From: Nemertoderma westbladi
Taxonomy: Eukaryota; Animalia; Xenacoelomorpha
Length of the DNA: 64,000 nucleotides
NCBI GenBank assembly: GCA_032718475.1
Contig: JAUCBJ010005164.1
Location: 9,064 to 73,063, forward strand
Reading direction: 5' to 3'
The notes under the pieces were generated by a model. That model saw only the letters and a program-made list of their open reading frames with translations. It did not search any database and had not been told where the DNA came from. Numbering within the stretch: the first letter of the stretch is position 1; every line of letters starts with the position of its first letter. Positions 56,501-64,000 of the stretch are shown piece by piece. Made by a program: the position numbers and the translations under genes.

Positions 56501-59500
56501 TTCACATCTGAAACCTGGGTCCCAATAAATGCATTCTACTTACCGGCAAGCATTCACAGCTGAAACCTGGGTCCACATCAATGCATTCTACTTACCGGCA
56601 AGCATTCACAGCTGAAACCTGGGTCCCCATCAATGCATTATACTTACCCGCAAGCATTCAGAGCTGAAACCTGGGTCCCCATCATTGCATTATACTTACC
56701 CGCAAGCATTCAGAGATGGAACCTGGGACCCCATCAATGCATTCTACTTAGCGGCAAGCATTCACAGCTGAAACCTGGGTCCACAACAATGCATTCTACT
56801 TACCGGGAAGCATTCACAGCTGAAACCTGGGTCCCCATCAATGCATTCTACTTACCGGCAAGCATTCAGAGCTGGAACCTGGGACCCCATCAATGCATTC
56901 TACTTACCCGCAAGCATTCAGAGCTGGAACCTGGGACCCCATCAATGCATTCTACTTAGCGGCAAGCATTCACAGCTGAAACCTGGGTCCACAACAATGC
57001 ATTCTACTTACCGGGAAGCATTCACAGCTGAAACCTGGGTCCCCATCAATGCATTCTACTTACCGGCAAGCATTCAGAGCTGGAACCTGGGACCCCATCA
57101 ATGCATTCTACTTACCGGCAAGCATTCACAGTTGAAACCTGGGTCCACATCAATGCATTCTACTTACCGGCAAGCATTCACATCTGAAACCTGGGTCCCA
57201 ATAAATGCATTCTACTTACCGGCAAGCATTCACAGCTGAAACCTGGGTCCACATCAATGCATTCTACTTACCGGCAAGCATTCACAGCTGAAACCTGGGT
57301 CCCCATCAATGCATTATACTTACCCGCAAGCATTCAGAGCTGAAACCTGGGTCCCCATCATTGCATTATACTTACCCGCAAGCATTCAGAGATGGAACCT
57401 GGGACCCCATCAATGCATTCTACTTAGCGGCAAGCATTCACAGCTGAAACCTGGGTCCACAACAATGCATTCTACTTACCGGGAAGCATTCACAGCTGAA
57501 ACCTGGGTCCCCATCATTGCATTATACTTACCCGCAAGCATTCAGAGATGGAACCTGGGACCCCATCAATGCATTCTACTTACCGGGAAGCATTCACAGC
57601 TGAAACCTGGGTCCACATCAATGCATTCTACTTACCGGCAAGCATTCACAGCTGAAACCTGGGTCCCCATCATTGCATTATACTTACCCGCAAGCATTCA
57701 GAGATGGAACCTGGGACCCCATCAATGCATTCTACTTAGCGGCAAGCATTCACAGCTGAAACCTGGGTCCCCATCAATGCATTATACTTACCCGCAAGCA
57801 TTCAGAGCTGAAACCTGGGTCCCCATCATTGCATTATACTTACCCGCAAGCATTCAGAGATGGAACCTGGGACCCCATCAATGCATTCTACTTACCCGCA
57901 AGCATTCACAGCTGAAACCTGGGTCCCCATCAATGCATTCTACTTACCGGCAAGCATTCACAGCTGAAACCTGGGTCCACATCAATGCATTCTACTTACC
58001 GGCAAGCATTCACAGCTGAACCTGGGTCCACAACAATGCATTCTACTTACCGGCAAGCATTCACAGATGAAACCTGGGTCCCCATCAATGCATTCTACTT
58101 ACCGGGAAGCATTCACAGCTGAAACCTGGGTCCCCATCAATGCATTATACTTACCCGCAAGCATTCAGAGCTGAAACCTGGGTCCCCATCAATGCATTCT
58201 ACTTAGCGGCAAGTATTCACAGCTGAAACCTGGGTCCCCATCAATGCATTATACTTACCCGCAAGCATTCAGAGCTGAAACCTGGGTCCCCATCAATGCA
58301 TTATACTTACCCGCAAGCATTCACAGCTGAAACCTGGGTCCCCATCAATGCATTCTACTTACCGGGAAGCATTCACAGCTGAAACCTGGGTCCCCATCAA
58401 TGCATTATACTTACCCGCAAGCATTCACAGCTGAAACCTGGGTCCCCATCAATGCATTCTACTTACCGGGAAGCATTCACAGCTGAAACCTGGGTCCCCA
58501 TCAATGCATTCTACTTACCGGCAAGCATTCACATCTGAAACCTGGGTCCCCATCAATGCATTCTACTTACCGGGAAGCATTCACAGCTGAAACCTGGGTC
58601 CCCATCAATGCATTCTACTTACCGGGAAGCATTCACAGCTGAAACCTGGGTCCCCATCAATGCATTCTACTTACCGGTAAGCATTCACAGCTGAAACCTG
58701 GGTCCCCATCAATGTATTCTACTTACCGGCAAGCATTCACAGCTGAAACCTGGGTCCCCATCAATGCATTCTACTTACCGGGAAGCATTCACAGCTGAAA
58801 CCTGGGTCCCCATCAATGCATTCTACTTACCGGCAAGCATTCACAGCTGAAACCTGGGTCCTCATCAACACATTCTGAGTACTCTGGGCACGGATAGGCT
58901 ACTGGGTCGTCGCATTCATTCTCCGCTGAAAAAACATATTATATAAGATAATATATATAGATATAGATATAATATCATATATATATATAAGAATATAAGT
59001 GTCGATGAAAATGACTCGATATGAATATAAGTGTGTATTAAGTAATGCAACACCTCCTAATATAAACTACTTTTTTGTATTGTTATGATTATTATTAAAC
59101 AACCCACTTTATATTTTTCAAATTTCAAATAAAGTCGACTAACAAATTGCTATATTCTGATAGTTTGACGCTGTTTCTTCTGCTGCTACGGGCAGGATTT
59201 TCAAAATTTTGACATTTTCACTAGAATCCGATAAAAGCTTGTCGACGGCTAACGGTGCAGATAAACAATAAATAACTGTATTAATAGAGAGGACATTCAG
59301 CAGTGTGCACAGTGGACATACCGGTACCGGTACATACCCGCACACATTTCTGATTGGTCACAAGTGTCGCAATCTATTGTGTTGATAAATCCTTCGAGAC
59401 AGACGCACTGGTAGGTTCCTTCTATATTGATACACTCCGAGTTGGGTTCGCACTCATAATCGTTGCACGTGATCACGTGATCGGGGTTGCATACGCACTC

Positions 59501-61720
59501 CTGTAGACAGTCCGGCGTCAGGAAAAACGCGAAGGCCTGAAATCGAACCAATAGGAAAATATATCAACGAAACTCAAAAATAAAGGACCCCATAGCTCCT
59601 CTCAGTCCTCTCTCTTGGATGTTACCAAGTAAGGTAGAGGGAAAGGGTGGTGGTAGAGGGTTAAACACCCCTTAATCCCACCACCCATATCGCGGATTGC
59701 AACTGCCTTGGTCATGGTTCAACCGTGGGACATTCCAGATAGAGGCAAAAATAGTACACTACACCAGGGTAGCTAGGTAATACTAGAGAGAAAACGCGTG
59801 CTATGATTGGTTGAGACAGGGGGGGGAAACTGGACGCAAATCCCATCTCGGCGAATTAATATTTCGTCTCAATGTTTAACTACCAATTTAGGGAAAGGAG
59901 CAGGTTACAGTGACACGTTATTCGAAACAAAATAATAAACGAAAGTCATAGAACAGGTTACAGTTTATTTTTGGTATAATCAGCTGTTATTTGCGACGAT
60001 TTTCCCCTGCCCCCTGGAGAAGGATGAATTTTGATATGCGTCGAAAGTCCCCCCCCCCTTCTGGGTTGGCTGGAAACTGTGTAATGAATGAAATTCGATT
60101 GTGCGTTACGTAGCAGCACAAATTTATTGGTAACAAATTTGTTAAGCCAGCATAGCATCCCAATGTGCAACGCAATGCAACATCATTGTACAATGCGTTG
60201 TTTTTAAAGTAAAGGTTTTTTTCTTTATCGTTTACTTACGGAATAATAGTTGCCGGTGGAGGGGTCTACACATCCGCAAGCTTCCGGTGGCCCGCACCAA
60301 TCGCCGTCGGCCACCAACCCATCCGGACAGACGCAGCCTTCAACGCAAGCCTGTTCCGAGCAGGACGTCTCCAGATTGCCGCACGCAGGTTGGCAAGGAG
60401 CAGCACATGCGTTATACTCAAATCCACCATCACACCAAATATCTGGAAGAATAATACATTATGTTAAAACCTGGGAAATACGACAAAATATTTACTTAAA
60501 AAACTAAAGGCTGTATTTTTTAAACAGGCAACTGTGTGTATTAAGGCTACATAACTGACATGTAGAATATATAAGTAAGAAAAACGGTCATTATTGTAAA
60601 TACATATGCGCCTACATCAGGTCGCGACTCCATACTCCAAAGGCTGCTAATATAAAACAAAAAAAAATAAAGGCAAAATAGGAGTTAATATAATAACTAC
60701 AGTAGTCTAATAAAAGTAAATATTGGTAACAAATAAACATACCGCAACCAACTTCTATCCTCCAATCCGCGCTAATGGATATGAAGTTCTCCTGACAGTA
60801 ACGCACAAGGGCCTCAAAGAAGTGGCACTTAGTGGAGGCGTCGGGCAGGTCGGCGCACACGTCCGACACACACATGTCCATGTAGTTGGACGCCTGAGCC
60901 GCCGCCACGCAATCGGCCATGGACGGGACCGTCTCGATGCTGTGGCAGTGGGAGTTGGCCATGGCGGTGAAGTCACCTGGGATGTTGGAGCACGGAGGCT
61001 CTGGGGGTGGTGCCGGCTGGCATGCGTGCCAAACGTCCCCAAACTCCTGGTAACCTCCTGTAACCTGGAGAGTAAGGATAGAAAATATATTGCCGTAAAC
61101 GTCTTGGTGACTTCCAGCCTCCTGCAACTACCTAGAGGGAGAGGGCAGAAACAAAACGGCATGGCCCTTCTTACAACCAGGAGGGGCGAGAGGACAGTTA
61201 AAATTACAATTTACATAGATTCTCAACTTTTTTAATATTAATTCAATATATTAATATAATGTTTGTATTGCATTCTACTTACAGGGTTTCCTGAAGGACC
61301 CAAATTGTCATTATCGAGTTCATCCCAATTGCCACACATACCGCAGTTTACACCTTGGTGGCTTTCCGGAATGTTTACCTCCACGTAATCCACCTGGTCG
61401 TATTTAACATGCACGCCGTGTAGGTTGCCCATGCCAAAGCTGACAATCTGTAAGTTTATATCAACCATAAGATATACGAGTCCTTGCTAATGCAAATAGT
61501 TATTTATTTAGAGCTACGGAGGTACCCCCTCCTTTAATTACAATAATTGTTAATCTTTAACAAATCTTATAAATGGACCATTACAATGAAACAGTAAATA
61601 GAAACCTACCACAAAGCTGCCTGATTTCGAGATAAGGAGACCGTCGAGCGAAGGATCAGAGAAGGGCATGTTGACAATGTTCGAATTGTATTTCACTAAA
61701 GGTCCTTCCAGTTGCACCAT
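927..61720 (-). CDS. Large multi-exon gene (partial, 49 exons in window) for an extracellular VWD-C8-TIL + tandem cbEGF protein (fibrillin-like EGF array behind a zonadhesin/FCGBP-type VWD-C8-TIL unit)
   Basis: Exons with AG/GT borders join in one open frame on the minus strand. Repeated D-I/D-N/D-E-C...C.N..G.F.C.C..G[YF].GDG..C motifs, and a [11 protein letters not shown] motif. No start or stop codon found in the window. Confidence 0.93.
5320..5409 (+). mobile_element. 3' end of a retroposon with (TAG)n tail; inverted truncated copy at 8088-8166
   Basis: gccggcacagcattctta...atgcagctgcaatgcagcatgccgat(agt)n, with its reverse complement at 8088-8166. Confidence 0.65.
7236..7345. repeat. 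22-bp tandem repeat, ~5 copies
   Basis: (caaaatgtttgaattattacta)n. Confidence 0.9.
7976..8372 (-). repeat. Degenerate ~20-bp repeat containing exon end TGCAG + GTGGGT/GTTGGT donor
   Basis: Plus-strand units ccaccaacct(a/g)cactaatta run up to the donor at 8367; interrupted by an insertion at ~8090-8166. Confidence 0.8.
8757..12968 (-). repeat. 46-bp minisatellite (~90 copies) made of exon end + 5' splice donor
   Basis: Minus-strand unit GTAGGTAGTAGTATAGAGTAGGTAGCTCACTGCGCCAATACCGAGG, contiguous with the end of exon 12950-13138. Some units are 50 bp. Confidence 0.97.
12950..14123 (-). CDS. Host gene cbEGF exons (13932-14123, 13696-13833, 13281-13415, 12950-13138)
   Basis: DINEC motifs and canonical borders. 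The last exon ends HCANTE-G| and continues SYDCIC at 8581. Confidence 0.88.
14567..17619 (-). CDS. EGF module copy 4 (17467-17619, 15759-15881, 15383-15505, 15001-15129, 14567-14659)
   Basis: Phase-1 cbEGF exons; the last two are almost identical to 19156-19284 and 18915-19007. Confidence 0.88.
14755..14980. mobile_element. Dispersed repeat insertion; second copy at ~59838-60060, fragments at ~48945-49220
   Basis: Shared aaatcccatct(t/c)ggcgaattaatat...ggagcaggttacag...aatcagctgttatttgcg. Absent from the paralogous intron 19008-19155. Confidence 0.8.
18406..18477 (+). pseudogene. tRNA-like cloverleaf (tRNA pseudogene or SINE head)
   Basis: Acceptor GCCTCCG/TGGTGGC, anticodon stem CCTGA/TCGGG with an atypical loop ACGTTTA, perfect T arm GCGGG-TTCAATC-CCCGC, followed by a T6 run. 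Confidence 0.62.
18915..22904 (-). CDS. EGF module copy 3 (22749-22904, 20863-20988, 19701-19823, 19156-19284, 18915-19007), interrupted by the ShKT-like exon
   Basis: Phase-1 cbEGF exons in the same order as the other copies. Confidence 0.87.
22101..22268 (-). CDS. Host gene exon encoding an ShKT-like domain plus a half-EGF tail
   Basis: cag|...[56 protein letters not shown]|gtaggt; the CxxTCxxC ending is typical of ShKT. 168 nt, phase 1-1. Confidence 0.75.
22905..23898 (-). repeat. 56-bp minisatellite (~17 copies) containing a 3' splice site
   Basis: Unit GATACCGAGCTGTCTGCTAAACGGATCCCTGAGTGACTCTCTCGTTTCCTCCATAG; the last copy ends CCACAG| at exon 22749-22904. Confidence 0.93.
23955..28550 (-). 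CDS. EGF module copy 2, 5 exons (28395-28550, 26475-26597, 25166-25288, 24267-24392, 23955-24047)
   Basis: Phase-1 cbEGF exons; exon and flanking intron sequence shared with copy 1. Confidence 0.88.
24705..24860. repeat. 51-bp tandem repeat, 3 copies
   Basis: ctcagtaaggttcgctcgcaacactacatgtatacgtaatctaccctataa x3. Confidence 0.92.
26069..26350 (+). mobile_element. tRNA-derived SINE with Nin-domain-like core and (ACTTT)n tail
   Basis: A box tggtgtagtgg, B box gagttcgatcc, core ctgcctttcctccttaagtggtagctaaatgagtac, tail tttactttactttacttt. Confidence 0.75.
26916..28492 (-). repeat. 106-bp tandem array (~15 copies) of EGF exon 3' part + donor
   Basis: Unit = GCGAACTGCGACCCC...ACTTGTACAG + GTAGGTCTA; the ORF track repeats every 106 bp. 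Confidence 0.97.
28686..31807 (-). repeat. 57-bp minisatellite (~54 copies) of exon end + donor
   Basis: Unit GTAAGTTATACTGCTGTACCGACACTGTCGGATCGTTCACATGTACCTGCATAGAAG; occasional 58-bp units. Confidence 0.97.
31765..37912 (-). CDS. EGF module copy 1, 5 exons (37757-37912, 34543-34665, 33395-33517, 32033-32158, 31765-31857)
   Basis: Phase-1 cbEGF exons with AG/GT borders; near-identical to copy 2. Confidence 0.88.
34850..37853 (-). repeat. 106-bp tandem array (~28 copies), same unit as 26916-28492
   Basis: Same unit, contiguous with exon 37757-37912; one truncated unit near 36495. Confidence 0.97.
39336..41858 (+). CDS. Anoctamin/TMEM16 family protein (Ca2+-activated chloride channel/scramblase family), 840 aa uninterrupted ORF nested antisense in a host intron
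   Basis: Family motifs [89 protein letters not shown]. Paralogue not assignable by eye. Confidence 0.96.
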   Translation: MYNTSVSLEMGHNISTGDGDNSSLYFEGGNKKIDYVFVYKSKDFESGKVAEMRENFREDIEEIGIEVEVDDGDESDGDKRIRCYKLHATWELLCKFAEILKLMMPLKVHEIKTHKDIFIARKMHDILFTNEDHRKMAPFKIAKAADFMTEPRDMFFTSTQRSQLLWAALQCYNKYDGNSDDDNFEVKPDIKTLLTNGTFKEAYPLHDGDYDEYSGQKGRKWLLENWATLRKVRNKQPLEEIKAYFGEKFAIYFSWLGYYTFMLIFPAIVSIGVFMYGLVSSIMIDDDLSKEVCGDDVGNITMCPLCDSVCPYWHLRDSCNTLATYPIFNNEASILFSIFMVLTVTLFLELWKRNQNEINYDWDLFYFEEGDRPEFEAKAKHSRVNQVTQSIEPFVPRLCKWSRLLGVILVTFLMILVVVAAVFGIILYRISVALAFSQRFSPQTSSNLVGVTSGIINYIGIKILGTIYEKIACWLTVLECQRTDARYEKSYTQKLFLFQFVNNYACLFYIAFIKGKLQKLPNQIFKIGGTKGNEACDANGSCMTDLLIQLATLMACEALQDNIVEYVMPIAMNYLRRKCDCNFTKNAENLSQWKIDYRLQPQDILGLFDEYIKMVIQFGYVTIFVVAFPLAPLLALINNILEIRLDANKFIKHYRRPFPDRAQNIGVWLRILKGVTAISVVSNAFIIAFTSDIITQEVYKRAVSPTGSMVGYTNHSLSIFYVKDFLPGQMPNRNLTKGFGDSDIIEPETCRFHGYYAHSGEPGTSESTYTLTTFYWHSMAANLAFVIAFEHVVFLLQVALAYAIPDMPGHVAKSLKRRQERQGNALNMAFVTNNNERQLF
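41869..42346. mobile_element. MITE / non-autonomous DNA transposon with ~34-bp TIRs and ATTT target-site duplication
   Basis: gtggcggccaccctagaaacgtaccttaacgtag ... ctacgctaaggtccgtttctagggtggccgccac, flanked by attt on both sides. A 4-bp AWWT TSD is compatible with Sola-type elements. Confidence 0.88.
43016..43667. repeat. 26-bp minisatellite (~25 copies)
   Basis: Near-perfect (tatcgtactgcgtactacaatgttat)n. Confidence 0.97.
44305..45288. mobile_element. Probable non-autonomous DNA element with inverted tandem subterminal repeats
   Basis: (aaaaatatcgcgagt)x3 at ~44305-44353 and its reverse complement x2 at ~45255-45287; true ends not defined. Confidence 0.55.
46183..47874 (-). CDS. Leucine-rich-repeat-like protein, 563 aa single ORF, possible elongin BC-box substrate adaptor; nested in the same host intron
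   Basis: Long stop-free ORF with RNI/FBXL-type LRR motifs ([42 protein letters not shown]). N-terminal [10 protein letters not shown] resembles a BC box. Confidence 0.78.
   Translation of the reverse strand: MCAYRYASKAKGKGPVILKSDCRLLTLQEIAMANLIRSLARGIVTAESRKWGNVADRSTEGDQSDIISKWFHKGLAPKLLTKIYKYVLHAYILSYNQLELMFDWNNIHPREKPTLEEIMEIYSDIFPSQCLKPFWPIDMVFDDEFLKEFPEDIVPILIEWFPKMAVALRTVDTTRVAGFFDPFILESAFSGEFPQLTTIKFSHIDLTIISNISNSCPNLETLHITDSVMGRLDFALFYCLPKLEKLRTIILDGCICDDLTIETLVDFHLMHPRFTVIVDRSMEFLNELIHRYQLQLPLSLKHNPIIPFTSFYLYDRPFSADILYTGPGVPIAKNLEYIVPYCRDTLESLKLFWSWNITDESETGLFRKLKQFDKLYSLSLDANMSHNPPNLVARGFHEGVIMPQVISFSLSGCNESVSLSQLSCLFPNVKSLVLSGCRLQREDEIVCVNSILSLDLRLLESSYSSLITALKYLPSLTQLRIKIEDITSPSFDHIVSDMEEIFDSGNLDGLTSVYITSTGGESINYIDQLIDFIWRRCSYLQHMFITNEDESIGYDMYDYWQDL
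49423..50354. mobile_element. Non-autonomous DNA transposon with TTAA target-site duplication (Kolobok/Sola3-like termini)
   Basis: ttaa|ggggggg-tatacccc ... ggggtata-cccc(n)|ttaa; no coding capacity seen. Confidence 0.75.
50623..59536 (-). CDS. Host gene exons: TILa/EGF and first EGFs (59338-59536, 58831-58925, 51341-51521, 50941-51072, 50623-50715)
   Basis: In-frame Cys-rich exons, e.g. [31 protein letters not shown]|[17 protein letters not shown]. Splice phases match across the 52-bp array. Confidence 0.87.
51646..51836. repeat. 11-bp tandem repeat (~17 copies)
   Basis: (aatgtatgact)n. Confidence 0.95.
51960..52990. repeat. Degenerate ~21-bp AT-rich repeat blocks in inverted orientation (foldback-like)
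   Basis: ccaaaa(t/c)aaatacattt units at 51960-52490 mirrored by aataattgtttttgg units at 52690-52990. Confidence 0.6.
53313..58877 (-). repeat. 52-bp minisatellite (~105 copies) of exon end + donor
   Basis: Unit GTAAGTAGAATGCATTGATGGGGACCCAGGTTTCAGCTGTGAATGCTTGCCG, contiguous with exon 58831-58925. Confidence 0.97.
59838..60060. mobile_element. Second copy of the dispersed repeat at 14755-14980
   Basis: Collinear similarity over ~200 bp. Confidence 0.75.
60240..60442 (-). CDS. Host gene exon, TIL domain
   Basis: [55 protein letters not shown] fits the TIL cysteine pattern. Confidence 0.88.
60743..61064 (-). CDS. Host gene exon, C8 domain
   Basis: FGDVW...C...C...[10 protein letters not shown]...[12 protein letters not shown]...DWRIEVGC; borders cag| and |gtatgt. 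Confidence 0.85.
61283..61720 (-). CDS. Host gene exons, C-terminal part of VWD domain (61610-61720, 61283-61447)
   Basis: Phase-0 exons [20 protein letters not shown]...SGSFV and IVSFG...[34 protein letters not shown], matching the VWD CGLCGN.D motif. Confidence 0.85.
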
Positions 61721-61884
61721 CTACAATAAAATAAGATTTGAAATATACAGTATATGTATGTTATGTATGTATGTAGCTAGTCCTATATATTCTTTACAAC
61801 ACTATACTACTGTCTGTATATAACATGAATGAATAACCAACAAGCGCTTTTGTAGAAGGGACGTAATATCAAAAATACATTTGG

Positions 61885-63935
61885 AAAAAGTAAATAAAAA
61901 CTAAGTAAAAAAGTAAGTAAGTAAAAAAGTAAGTAAAAAGTAAGTAAAAAAGTAAGTAAAAAGTAAGTAAAAAAGTAAGTAAAAAAGCAAGTAAGGAAAA
62001 AGTAAGTAAAAAAGTAAGTAAAAAGAAAGTAAAAAAGTAAGTAAAAAAGTAAGTAAAAAAGTAAGTAAAAAAGTAAGCAAAAAGTAAGTAAAAAAGTAAG
62101 TAAAAAGTAAGTAAAAAAGTAAGTAAAAAGGTAAGTAAAAAAGTAAGTAAAAAGTAAGTAAAAAAGTAAGTAAAAAAGTAAGTAAAAAGTAAGTAAAAAA
62201 GTAAGTAAGTAAAAAAGTAAGTAAGTAAAAAAGTAAGTAAGTAAAAAAGTAAGTAAGTAAAAAAGTAAGTGAGTAAAAAAGTAAAAAAGTAAGTAAAAAA
62301 ATAAGTAAAAAGTAAGTAAAAAAGTAAGTAAGTAAAAAAGTAAGTAAGTAAAAAGTAAGTAAAAAAGTAAGTAAAAAAGTAAGTAAAAAGTAAGTAAAAA
62401 AGTAAGTAAGTAAAAAAGTAAGTAAGTAAAAAAGTAAGTAAAAAGTAAGTAAAAAAGTAAGTAAAAAGTAAAAAAGTAAGTAAGTAAAAAAGTAAGTAAA
62501 AAGTAAGTAAAAAAGTAAGTAAGTAAAAAAGTAAGTGAAAAGTAAGTAAAAAGTAAGTAAAAAAGTAAGTAAAAAGTAAGTAAAAAAGTAAGTAAGTAAA
62601 AAAGTAAGTAAAAAGTAAGTAAAAAGTAAGTAAAAAGTAAGTAAAAAGTAAGTAAAAAGTAAGTAAAAAGTAAGTAAAAAGTAAGTAAAAAGTAAGTAAA
62701 AAGTAAGTAAAAAGTAAGTAAAAAAGTAGGTAAGTAAAAAAGTAGGTAAGTAAAAAAATAAGTAAAAAGTAAGTAAAAAAGTAAGTAAGTAAAAAAGTAA
62801 GTAAGTAAAAAGTAAGTAAAAAAGTAAGTAAAAAAGTAAGTAAAAAAGTAAGTAAAAAGTAAGTAAAAAAGTAAGTAAGTAAAAAAGTAAGTAAAAAGTA
62901 AGTAAAAAAGTAAGTAAAAAGTAAGTAAAAAAGTAAGTAAAAAAGTAAGTAAAAAAGTAAGTAAAAAGTAAGTAAAAAAGTAAGTAAAAAGTAAGTAAAA
63001 AAGTAAGTAAAAAGTAAGTAAAAAAGTAAGTAAGTAAAAAAGTAAGTAAAAAGTAAGTAAAAAGTAAGTAAAAAAGTAGGTAAGTAAAAAAGTAGGTAAG
63101 TAAAAAGGAGGTTGAGTTTCGCCCTTTTGCGGTCAGCCCTCCTGTGCCTTCGCGGCTGTCGATCAGCTAAGCGGCGTCCGGTTCGGTGCGACGTGGAGTC
63201 GATCATCCACAGCAATGCCGACTGCAACCCGGCGTAGGCGACTGTGGATAACAACCCTCCAAGTTTGGAGGACAGTCAGACAGTATCATATACTAACTGT
63301 AGTATTAATTTAACAGTGTATATTTGTCTGGTTGTTGGTGGTGGTTGCTATGCGATCTGATGTGCATCAGCTGTTTTTACAAGCTTTAATAATAAATATA
63401 CGGCTATAGTTTAAAAAAAAAAAAAAAGTAAGTAAAAAGTAAGTAAAAAAGTTAGTAAAAAAGTAAGTAAGTAAAAAAGTAAGTAAGTAAAAAAGTAAGT
63501 AAAAAAGTAAGTAAAAAAGTAAGTAAAAAAGTAAGTAAAAAGTAAGTAAAAAAGTAAGTAAAAAAGTAAGTAAAAAGTAAGTAAAAAGTAAGTAAAAAAG
63601 TAAGTAAAAAGTAAGCAAAAAAGTAAGTAAAAAGTAAGTAAAAAAGTAAGTAAAAAGTAAGTAAAAAGTAAGTAAAAAAGTAAGTAAGTAAAAAAGTAAG
63701 TAAGTAAAAAAGTAAGTAAGTAAAAAAGTAAGTAAAAAAGTAAGTAAAAAAGTAAGTAAAAAAGTAAGTAAAAAGTAAGTAAAAAAGTAAGTAAAAAAGT
63801 AAGTAAAAAAGTAAGTAAAAATGTAAGTAAAAAGTAAGTAAAAAAGAAAGTAAGTAAAAAGTAAGTAAAAAGTAAGTAAAAAAGTAATGAAAAAAGTACG
63901 TAAAAAAGTAAGTAAAAAGGTAAGTAAGTACGTAA
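61885..63935. repeat. (GTAAGTAAAAA[A])n satellite in two blocks, separated by ~310 bp of non-repeat sequence (63108-63420)
   Basis: Directly visible 11-16 bp variable units. Confidence 0.96.
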
Positions 63936-64000
63936 GAAATTTCTCCACAATAGTTTTAGTTGCTAGAAATTACCCATCGCTTATTTCTATGATTGGGGTA

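Noticed and set aside
54708-58019. Plus-strand ORFs [14 protein letters not shown]...
   Set aside because: Antisense translations of the 52-bp array.
927-61720. Naming the host gene FBN1/2, NOTCH or ZAN
   Set aside because: No TB/8-Cys, LNR/ankyrin or MAM domains seen in the window, and both ends are missing, so orthology cannot be assigned.
61869-63950. 461-aa and 193-aa F/L/T/Y-rich ORFs resembling membrane proteins
   Set aside because: Translation of the (TTTTTACTTAC)n satellite.

Overview
AT-rich animal (probably marine invertebrate) genomic DNA. One large minus-strand gene runs through the whole window. I traced 49 GT-AG exons by hand (61720 down to 927) with compatible phases; both ends of the gene lie outside the window. 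It encodes VWD-C8-TIL domains followed by dozens of mostly calcium-binding EGF repeats, including a 5-exon module repeated four times, an ShKT-like exon and an RRRRR insert. A 12.7-kb intron holds two nested genes: an anoctamin/TMEM16 with an uninterrupted ORF (+) and a BC-box/LRR-like protein (-). The most unusual signal is that nearly every large minisatellite here is an amplified splice junction of the host gene. Five arrays (46, 106, 57, 106 and 52 bp units, about 15-105 copies) each repeat an exon 3' end plus its GT donor. A 56-bp array repeats a 3' splice site, and two small degenerate cases do the same. Most short ORFs in the supplied track are artefacts of these arrays. SINEs and non-autonomous DNA transposons are also present. 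Exon coordinates and copy numbers are manual estimates.
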